The notes under the pieces were generated by a model. The model saw only the letters and a program-made list of their open reading frames with translations, did not search any database and was not told where the DNA came from. A DNA stretch of 20,000 nucleotides from Trichinella spiralis (Eukaryota). The translations under genes were made by a program, and so were the position numbers. The stretch covers positions 4,365,094-4,385,093 of the forward strand of contig NW_003526944.1 of NCBI RefSeq assembly GCF_000181795.1, written 5' to 3'. Positions 1-10,065 of the stretch are shown piece by piece. Position 1 is the first letter of the stretch, and each line of letters begins with the position of its first letter.

Positions 1-1949
1 ACATGCCGGCTCTGAGTCCAACTATGGAAAAAGGCAATGTGGTAAGTTGGAAGAAGAAAGAAGGTGAAGAGGTGGCAGAAGGGGATCTTTTGTGCGAAAT
101 TGAGACCGACAAAGCGACAATGGGATTCGAATCGGGCGAAGAGGGATATTTGGCAAAAATTGTCATTCCCGAAGGTTCGAAAGATGTTCCAGTTGGAAAT
201 GTGAGCTTGTCTTGGATTGCAATTTTTTCTAAACGCGCAGTTGTTTGGTTTGTTAATTTCTAATTTTTCAGCTCTTATGCGTCATTGTGGAGAACGCTGA
301 TGACGTGGCAGCATTTAGCAAACTGAGTGCTGAGGAGTTGGGTGCTCAGCCGGTTGGCCAAGCACCAGCCCCTGCCGCTGCAGCTCCGGCCGCCCCAGCC
401 GCTGCAACGGCTGCCGCGGCACCACCACCACCGCCAGTGACCGCTGCAGCCGCTCCTGCTGCTGCACCGAAGCCTCCGGTTCAAGCTCCACCAGGGGGTC
501 GAGTGTTTGCTTCACCATTGGCGAAAAAAATGGCTGGTGAACAGAAAATTGATTTACAAGTTCGTTGCATTTCAATTCAGTATATCCAAGGATTTTCCCG
601 CTTTCTGTACAACTTTTGCTTTTCTTGTTAGTCAATGAAAGGCACCGGACCCGAAGGACGTATCCTGGCTGGCGATTTGAGTCAGCCTGCTGCGGCCGGT
701 GCCCGCATGCAAATGGTTCTACCTGCCGGAGGAAAATTTACCGACATCGAACTGTCCAACATGAGAAAGGTTTGCAAAATTGTTGTTTGTCATCGCTGTT
801 GAAATGTGAATAATTTCTTTTTGTCACCTTTTCTACAGACCATAGCGAGACGTTTGCTTGAATCCAAAACATCAATTCCACATTACTATTTAACGGTGGA
901 AATATTTGTTGACAAAATTCTACAGTATACTGTTCAAATTGAACATTACTGTTGAATATTGTTTGTAATAATTTTCTTTTTTCCACTTAGACTACGCAGT
1001 AAATTGAACGAGGAATTGAAGAAGGAAAATCGCAAAATTTCCGTAAACGATTTCATCGTCAAAGCATCCGCTCTTGCTTGCAAGAAGGTGCCAGAAGTGA
1101 ACAGCTTTTGGATGGAAACATTCATTCGACGGAACGAATTTGTCGACGTTAGCGTGGCAGTCAGTACCGATACGGGTCTGATAACACCGATAGTTTTCAA
1201 TGCTGATTCAAAGGTTTACAATTGATTTCATTTTTATATTTACAGCATATTTTTAATTTCATTACAATTCTTCATCATTATGTTATATTTTGTTTTTATT
1301 TTGTCTAGGGTATTTTGGAAATTAGTGAAGAAATTATTGCACTTTCAACTCGTGCTAGAGCAGGACAGTTGAAACCGGAAGAGTTCCAAGTATGCTGTTG
1401 GATTTATTTTCATTTGTTCAAAAAATGACTTATATCCAATTTTCAGGGTGGCACATTTACAGTCTCCAATTTGGGTATGTTCGGTGTGAATCATTTTACG
1501 GCTATAATCAATCCGCCACAGTCTGCCATTCTTGCTGTTGGCACCGTACAAAAGCGAGTCGTGTTCGACGAAGACAAAAGGTAAAATTCATCCCATTACT
1601 AACTAATCTATCTTTTCCTGTTGCGAAATAACTTTGAAATTTTTTTTGGCAAAGGCAGAATTTTTAAGTTCATCATTTAGATGTTCATGTTTATGAACGG
1701 ATTTTTAAAGATAAATTTTTTTAGTTAATTCTGTGAAAACTGTATTACTTGTTGATTTTCAAGTTTTAAAATGTACGGTATATGGATTCGAAAGGTAACG
1801 TGGTATTTGTTTGTTTCAGATGTGCAGAAGCAAATGTTCTGACAGTGACATTGAGCTGTGATCATCGTATTATCGACGGTGCTGTGGGCGCTAAGTGGCT
1901 GCAACAATTGAAACGCTATTTAGAGAAGCCATACACAATGCTGCTGTAG
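1..1949 (+). CDS. DLAT: Dihydrolipoamide acetyltransferase, E2 component of mitochondrial pyruvate dehydrogenase (5'-partial, 8 exons in window)
   Basis: Exons <1-200, 272-559, 632-769, 839-924, 991-1213, 1309-1389, 1447-1580, 1820-1949. All introns are GT-AG with consistent phases, giving 425 aa from the Met at position 3. Domains seen: lipoyl domain (MPALSPTM...EIETDKA, lipoyl Lys at 111-113), Ala/Pro hinge, E1/E3-binding domain (ASPLAKK...GTGPEGRI) and catalytic domain ([28 protein letters not shown]). Stop is TAG at 1947-1949. The targeting peptide lies upstream of the window. Confidence 0.97.
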
Positions 1950-2157
1950 TGCCGATTGGTCTGGAAATATATATTCAGTTCATTTAATGCTGTCGTGTTG
2001 CTGGAATATTACAATACTTCCGGTTTGTGATTGTGCATCAGCTTCCTCTAGATGTAGCTGCATTTCTTCTTCTTTGTTCCTCATGACGACACTTGATATC
2101 ACGACAGTTTCATAGTCAGTTCAACAAAAAGCATACGTAGTAAAACAAAAAGGTTGA

Positions 2158-2218
2158 TTTATTATATTTTATTAAATGATGTGAAAAAGATGGGTATAAA
2201 AAATTGTAGAATAATAAA
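2158..2218. terminator. Candidate polyadenylation signals for the convergent DLAT and LITAF genes
   Basis: Plus strand: ATTAAA 2171-2176 and AATAAA 2213-2218. Minus strand: AATAAA, read as TTTATT at 2158-2163 and 2168-2173. Confidence 0.4.
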
Positions 2219-2268
2219 AGAAACTACTGTAAATTTAAACATGTAAAATGAAATCAAAAGTCAATAAT

Positions 2269-3343
2269 TTAAATACGGCGGTGAACTCCTATGACCGCTC
2301 TGCAGTTTGGGCAGCGATGTTCGACGTCCATTAATGAAGGAATGCAGAACGGTATCAAGCAACAACCGAACCAGAATCTGAAAATTCGCACCTGGCGAAA
2401 TATGTATTAAAGAAAAATCCCGTTTCTTACCCAAAAATCAGACAAGTGACACAGAGTATCCACGCCAGCGATCCTGCAACCAATTTTGTTTCAGTGGTAA
2501 CTACAGCATGACAGCTAACGCACTGAACAGTCACTGGTTCCGCTCCCAGTGGTGCAGTCACTGCAATAACTGTAGGAATCGTATGCACTGGGGGCGGTCC
2601 TAGATCAGTTGCATCAGTCAAATTATATACATTTTGCTCGGATAACACTGAGCTATATGATGTATGTCACTTTTCTATTCTATCATTCATAAATAAAAAT
2701 TTAACGATTCAATTCATAATACAAATTCAACAAACATTACGGCCAGTGAATTATAAAAATCTCGCATCATCAAATGAAGTTTACATTACATGAATCATTG
2801 AAAAAGTTCAAGCATATTGAAAGATCAATGACTAAATTGTAAACCAGTATACATTTTCTGATGTTAAAACATGTTTACACTAAGTGAATAACAGAAGTCG
2901 ATGAGTCATTCTCAGTTACTATGTGAATACGCAGATATTTGTAAATAGATTTGTCAGTATTTGGTTGTTATATAAAATAAAAACAGTTAACGTACAATAT
3001 TAATTTTGATTAATAATAACAATAATAGTGAAGAAATTTTAATGAAAAGTGGTTAAAGTAAAACTGACGAAAACATGTTGATCATTACAAGTTCAACATT
3101 TTAAGAACAAACAAAACCTCAAACTACAATAAGCTATATAATAATTTAAAATGCCATTATTATATTATTTAATTTTTTTAATTATATTGTATAGTAGAAA
3201 GATATAAGGAATAATGAATCCTGCAATTCGAGTGAAAGATTTAAAGTTATTTCATAGCATAATTTTTGCTTATTCATACCAACAGGATCCGGACTGTAAG
3301 CTGGTGGCGGACAATCAGGAATTGGAGCTTTATTGCCACTCAT
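2269..3343 (-). CDS. LITAF: LITAF/SIMPLE-domain zinc-binding membrane protein (LITAF/CDIP1 family), 3 exons
   Basis: Minus-strand exons: 3343-3280 (MSGNKAPIPDCPPPAYSPDPV, PPxY motif), 2599 (or 2647)-2431 (CVSC, hydrophobic AWILCVTCLIFG) and 2377-2269 (FWFGCCLIPFCIPSLMDVEHRCPNC...). The CxxC / hydrophobic / HxCxxC layout is the LITAF signature. Length is 113 aa, or 129 aa with the upstream acceptor. Family call is strong; exact orthology is not established. Confidence 0.9.
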
Positions 3344-4702
3344 GTTACCAGATAACTGACAAGAACAATGTTCTCACTTGTGCAAAATGAAAATTAAGTA
3401 AAATGGGATTACTGTGCATTTTTGTTTATTATTTTGATTATTATAGTTGTTATTAGAAAATTCAGTTTATTACTTAAAAATATTTAAAACAGTTGTTATT
3501 TAGATGTATTTAATGTAAATTTTAATTGAAAGAATTTTTATAAATTTAAATAAAAATTTAAGTGGAATCCTACGCTTCAAACGATAATTTTAGACATTCG
3601 AATTTTATCTGACCTAAATTCCAGCTGCAACAGCTTGTTTACTTTGCCGATATTTTGACTGATTTATCACAACAACTGTTGTTGTTTCTTTTGTAGCAAG
3701 GCAAGCAATACTTTTATTATTATTATTGTTACAATTATTGTTACAATATCAAGAAAAAAATAACAACATATAACAAGTTCAGTTGCGTTTCAGTTCGTGG
3801 TAGAGAATAGTTGCTGTGATCATTTTTTCGCTCGTACTTTGCCTGTGTTTGATTTTATATTTAATATAATATACTCGAGATTATCATATACGAAAAGCGA
3901 GATTTTGTGAAATTCAGATCAAGCCGCGAAAGAAGACAGTTAGTTGTAGAACCTAATTGTCTATAATAAAGTGTAGTACGATTACCCTGCAAGTCTACTA
4001 CAATTTATTAAATTATTAAAATACTGTCGTTTTTTGTAGATAGATTTTTATAAATGATGAGGAAAGTTTTATCGTAAATAGTGATTAATTAATCTTACAA
4101 AATTCTTGAGCTTAAAGCGCAATCTTATTATTCAATCTTGATTTTTCTTTTTCGCCTACAAATCTGCGCAGACATGTATTCTGTCATTTTTCTGCCTTCG
4201 CTTCTGCCGCCTCGTGAAGAATAAAAGAAAAGTTAAATTTTATTGTATAATTATTTTTTAATTATGAAATTAAACAGTTCCATTTAGATAAATACAACGG
4301 TAATGTGAGGTAGGCTTTTTACATAGTTAACTGCAGTGAACGTTTCTAAACGATTATTATCTTGTGTTATAGTTTTTAAAACTGTTCTTTACAAACATAC
4401 ATAAATAATTGTGTATCTATTTTATAGTAGTGATAAGACAGGAACAATGTTACATTTCGTTTATTTATGTTTATTAACCTGTTTCTTGTTTCAAAGTTTC
4501 AATGAAAATAACAATATCAGATCCTTCAAAGGCTCTGTTTTCGTCACTGATGGTTGATTTGTGGTTAATTTATTTATAGTAACGCCATTTTCGAATGGCT
4601 TCTTATGATTATTAATCTGTTCTTTTAGTCGATTATTATACATATATAAAAAGACAGTTGAACAATCGGTCGAAGAAGAAATTTTATGATAATTCACAGA
4701 AT

Positions 4703-4763
4703 CGGAAGTGACAAGCTAAGCGAAGTCACTAGCGCATCACAACTTCCGCAGTGGTAGTCCAAT
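4703..4763. promoter_or_regulatory. Candidate regulatory module in the divergent LITAF/CYC1 intergenic region
   Basis: CGGAAGTG (4703-4710) and inverted ACTTCCG (4742-4748) are ETS-type cores. CCAAT lies at 4759-4763. All sit in a local GC-richer island. Confidence 0.25.
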
Positions 4764-5744
4764 CGTAGCATTTCAGCAACTGTTCAACGCAAATAAATCT
4801 TAGCTACACATCAGTGAGGATGTTTCAAGTTGAAAATTTGTTTGAAAAATTGGCAATCTGGGGCTATAATTTATTCACAGCGTTGCGTTTAAGCAGATGT
4901 TGTTTGACAACAAATTTACATATTCAAACTGAAAGCAAAAATGAGATAAGACGAGATTACAATTTTAGTATTCAACAAAGCAAGAGGAGAAGATTTCCAT
5001 TTTTTTGTGATGCACTTTTTTGAATTTTCTCTTCGGGGGGTACGTGATCTTTCATTCCTGTTTGTTTTTTTCTGGGTAATGGCTGAAATTCCCATATTTG
5101 CGTGTAGTGGTGTAGCTTTTATTTTGTTGAAAAATATTGTTCAGCTTATGTGTGACTACGGGCAAATACGATGAAATAGTTCCCCGAGCCTGAGCCCGAT
5201 CAATCAGTAATATTTTTGTCATATTGCATTTTTCTCAATTTTCCACTTTTTACCCATCTTTATATTGTTGCTTGTTGCATGTTTTGTGCTTTTGTTGTTA
5301 TTATTAATAGTTTAAGGTCAAAAATTGCATGCAGTATTAGTAATATAAAAAAAATCAGCCGTATCCATGGTTACAGAGACTGGATTTTCTTTTCTCCAAT
5401 ATAATATCAAACGGCAACACGACTTGACCTTTCGGCCAATAAGATGTTGACACGTTGTAAAGCTAAAGATATGAATAAGCCTGAGCGAATAAGACGCGTG
5501 TTATACTGGTTTTTATTCTTTCGTGAGATTTGGTTTCGCGCTTAAAATACAATATAGTAACAATGAAATCAAATGAAACTTGTGATAATTATACTGTTGT
5601 TTTGAATCAAGCATATTGAAAATATTTTAAAGTCCATGCGCATCATTTACAGCTTATACTGTAATTGTCCGAACGGTGAACGTAAAGTTTGAATCGAAAT
5701 TAATAATATTAATTCTAAAGTGGTTGCTTAGTTCATCTTCAGCA

Positions 5745-7191
5745 ATGACAAGTAAACTTTACCTGGTATGAATTTATCACTATAAATTGTTATTATTTTA
5801 ATTCAATAAATATCAAATTTAGCCAAGTATAGGAATTGGCATTGCCAGTGCTGTAGGCATGGGCGTGCTTTACACTCTTAATCATGTAGCTGAAGCCAGT
5901 TTTTTGCATTTACATGTGCCACGTTTGGACTGGCCGCACAAGGGCATTTTAAAGTCATACGATGCTGCTTCGTATGTTTATTTTAGCTTTTCACAATAAT
6001 AATAATATATTATTTTGGGAAAGTTTGTTTTTATTATTTTGTAGTATACGCCGTGGCTATCAAGTTTACAAGCAAGTATGTTCTGCATGTCACAGCATGA
6101 AGCAGATTTCTTACAGACATTTTGTTAATGTCTTCATGACTGAAGAAGAGGCGAAGCGTGAAGCTTCTGAAGTGAGCAATTTGTTCTTTGGTGTTGTTTT
6201 TTTTGAAATGCTTCTCATTTTTGGGCATCTTGAAATTTTAGATTGAAGTCATAGATGGACCAGGTGACGATGGAAAAATGTACACGAGGCCTGGTAAACT
6301 TATTGATTACTTGCCGCAGCCATATGCAAATGACGTTGTCGCTCGACTGGCGAATAACGGCGCTTTGCCTCCGGATCTTTCTCTGATCACATTGGCACGT
6401 CATGGCGGGGAGGTATTAAAATATTTTAATAACAAAATGAAGAAATGTTACTTTTAAATCTTTTTCATATTATTTTTATGTTTGAATTTTTAGGATTATT
6501 TGTTTATGCTTCTGACCGGCTACATGGATCCACCAGCCGGTTTTCCCATCGAATCTTATCAAGGATACAATCCGTATTTTCCGAATGGCGCATCAATTGC
6601 TATGACTCAGCAACTGTTTGATGATATGTTGGAATATGAAGATGGTATGAATTTGTAGTTCATTTATAAGAATGCAGTTTTATTAGAAAATTAGATATTG
6701 GAAAATAAATTTCGCGTATTAAAAGTGATATTTATTTTTTTCGATTTTATTTTAATTTGAAATAAAAGAAACAGAATTGTAGAAAAGAATTGATAGTTTT
6801 TATTCTATTGTACATGATTTTGTTGTTCGATTTTAGGAACTCCGGCAACACAAAGTCAAATGGCAAAGGATGTAGCATGCTTTTTAAAATGGGCATCTGA
6901 ACCAGAGCATGATATTCGAAAGCGTTGGGCATTAAAAGTGCGTTCAAAAATATATTTCATATTGCTTTAATATATTACAGATTTTTATTAATTTAAACAC
7001 TAGTTATATTACGTTTTTTTTCTCATAATTATAAATGTCAGTGATAATCAGAAAGTTGTAAAATTTAGTTGATGGCCATAGCACCACTGATCACATCGAT
7101 TATTTATTATTGGAAACGACATCAATGGACCTATTTGAAATCGAGAAAATTCGTATTCAAAGCACCTCGATCACCATCTTCCAATGAATAA
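5745..7191 (+). CDS. CYC1: Cytochrome c1, heme protein of mitochondrial complex III, 7 exons
   Basis: Exons 5745-5765, 5823-5971, 6045-6171, 6242-6412, 6494-6644, 6837-6937, 7069-7191 give 280 aa. Motifs: [17 protein letters not shown] (CxxCH heme site), [12 protein letters not shown]...RHGGEDY, YNPYFP...IAM (axial Met at 6602-6604), [14 protein letters not shown]...WASEPEHD, then a C-terminal TM helix with a basic tail. The start codon is the least certain part. Confidence 0.95.
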
Positions 7192-10065
7192 TTTTAGGTG
7201 ATTATTAAAATATTGGTACAAAATTTGATTTACTTTCAAATATATGGAGTGTGATTTATTTTTTTTCATTTGTAACAGATTAGCAATTTTTATAATTTCC
7301 ATTTTTATAAGAGGATTGTATTATTTCTTTTTAGCAGCCTGGCGTGCAATGTGATATGAATTTGCAGTTTATGTTATCTTGTTTGTCTTCCTTTATGGTT
7401 CATTGCAGTAGTCAAATGAGGAATTTAAAATTAAATTTATATGCATTGTAAATAATGGCTGCTTCTGTTGCACAATTCAATATCCCACCAAAGAAACCAA
7501 ACTATACAATTAAGGTATGCATTATTTATTAAATATTTGATAAAAGTGAGATGGAGGAGGAAAAAGCTGCTGGTGGAATATATTTTATCCAGACAATAAT
7601 TTATTAGTTGAATAAGTTGAATTGAACACGTCGACAATGAATATTGCTGATTAGTTGTAATTTATCATTTGTTATTTTGTTACTATAAAAAATAAAAGTG
7701 AACATGCACAAAGAACGTTGCAAAGTGCCAAAATAATTATTAGTTTGTTAAGGGAAAATAGAAACGAAATGGGCGAATTGGCAATTAACATTTTTGATAG
7801 CAGAATACTATCATTAAGATAATTTGCTGCAAAGTTTGCTTCGCTTATTTCCCAAGCATAAGCGAAATCAGACGAGTAATTCTTTTCAAATATGATGGGA
7901 GTGGATGGAAAAAAAAAGGCAATTTTACATTTGTAGCATTAAATATAAAGTGTTAAATTAATATTTTTTACAATGTATTATGCTGAATTGCTGAAGCGAA
8001 AAATAGTTGATGAAAATGCAGCAACGAAGAAATTAGGCAAAAGCAGCAATTTGGATTATTTAAGTTGTTGCACTAGTTATCTACTGTGAAATGAATTGCA
8101 ATGTGTAAAAAATAAAACTTATTTCAAACATAAATATGAATAATAAACAGGAGCATATAAGTACAATGGCATATTGAATAGAACAATAATGTACATAAAA
8201 GTATACATGTTATTGATTGTTAATTGAAATGTTTATTTTGCAAAAAATGCTAAAGTTGTAAAATAGTAATTTTGAGTTTTAATGCTCAATTTATGTATTT
8301 ACTTATACACCAGGAAATGAAAATAAAATCTGTCTTGTTTGTTTATTTATTGGTTTTTATATTGTGACTCATACGATGATTTTCTATCGATTCAGTAAAT
8401 GGTGGATCGATTTTAATTTGAATAATTTCAGAAGTAATACCTTTTTTTTAAAAATGCATATCAATGTCAACATTATTCATCAATGAAATTTAATGTTTAA
8501 AGTTAAATAGTAAAGTGACTAATTAGAACGGCTAGTTGATGCTGGAAATTATGGAGTTTAATTTCTTTTATAAATTTTTCATTAAACTATTAGAAAAAAA
8601 AACATTTGTTGATTTTTTACACTTTGAAAATTACAGTAAGTAATTATTGTACCTTTTTTCATTTTACAGAATAATAAGGTGAATTGATTTAATTTTTGTA
8701 AACAGGAAATTCAAAAACAATGTTATTCAGTAGAAAATTAAAGAAACAAAATTCCAAGGTGACACAAAACGGAAGGTAATAATAAAAATGATCAACCAGG
8801 AAGTTTGTGTTATTATTATTATTATTATTTGGTGATGATTATTATTTTCCAAGTTGGTAAAAATTTCTACTAATAACTAATATGCATAGTTGTGACCGGT
8901 TTGAGCTGCTTTTCACGCTTTTCCTGTCCATTTGGACAGTGTTGTGGGAAATTAGCCGCGAGTTGATTGTGTGCGTTCTGTACCACCACGTATGCGTTGA
9001 AGCAATTTGCTCAACTATTACCATTGTTATATGTATATCCTTTACGTTTTTGGTTTTTCTTTTCTATTATTTCTTTTTTCTTTGCCATTCATCCATATCC
9101 GTTGATTTTAATTCTTCATGAAATTCTTCATCAATTCAAAAATTATGCCCATTTATTATTTTGCACAATACAGTATTTTTATTATTTGGGTACAATTAAC
9201 GCGCTCCCTTTGTCACGTCGCCGGTTACTGTTGGTTACCGGTTTGCTTGTCGGTAAACAGTCGTTTATAAAACGTACTTTTCCACACGCTTTTTCCATTC
9301 TCGACGTGAAATTTTCATAGTACTGTATTATTTTATGGTGAATATTTTTGCTTTGGTGAAGAGTTTGAAAAAAAAAATATTTAACAGAGTGGTTTGTTTT
9401 TTTTTTCTTGATTATTAATTAACTACTCAATTATATATATATATTGTTTTATTAATATTGATATGAATTTTGCGGTTTACAGTTACAACATGAACAGCGT
9501 TCACCGTTATTTAGTTGTCAATTTGATCGTGCCAATAAACGACCAGTTTTGCATTGAATAACCTGCAATTTGTATCGATGTTGCGTGTACAAACCGGCTT
9601 GCAGGCCGGCCGGCAATTTCAACTATGCAATTTATTGCTTTCATTTCTCTTCACAGTTCGACAGCTTCACTTTAGTATCAGCTAGTTGGTGTCAGCTAGC
9701 TTATTTTTTTTTTCAAAATTTAAACATATTATTTATTATACGTTCAGTTTAATGGGCGGTGGTGGTGAGTTGTCGATCGATTGATATTTCGGAAGATATT
9801 ATCATTTTGTATAGAAAAAACAAAAATTTATACAATGGAAAATAATCCTCCTACGATGCGTGGATATTTGACATTGTTTGCATGTTTAATCAGAGCAGAC
9901 ATTATTCATTGTTTGTTCAGTTGAATCATGAATACAGGCGGCGGATGACGAATGAAAATAATAATTTATCATTGGCTATTATTTATTTTAATGTTCATTC
10001 AAATGTAATAGTTTCAGTTTTTTTGTTGTTGTTATTGGTGTCGAGTCGACCGGTTCGACTGAGCG

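Noticed and set aside
275..635. Antisense ORFs and GCN/CCN repeats within DLAT exon 2
   Set aside because: Explained by the Ala/Pro-rich hinge codons of E2.
3669..3747. Palindrome ACAACAACTGTTGTTGT and a 12-bp tandem duplication TATTGTTACAAT
   Set aside because: Short low-complexity slippage products with no evidence of a MITE or of function.
4054..4060. Box C motif ATGATGA
   Set aside because: No CTGA box D or terminal stem at a suitable distance.
1..7191. DLAT and CYC1 as a mitochondrial-gene operon
   Set aside because: They are 3.8 kb apart with an opposite-strand gene between them, which does not fit nematode operon spacing.
8842..9320. Overlapping ORFs of 60-117 aa
   Set aside because: Low-complexity F/I/Y-rich translations of T-rich intergenic DNA with no splice or motif support.
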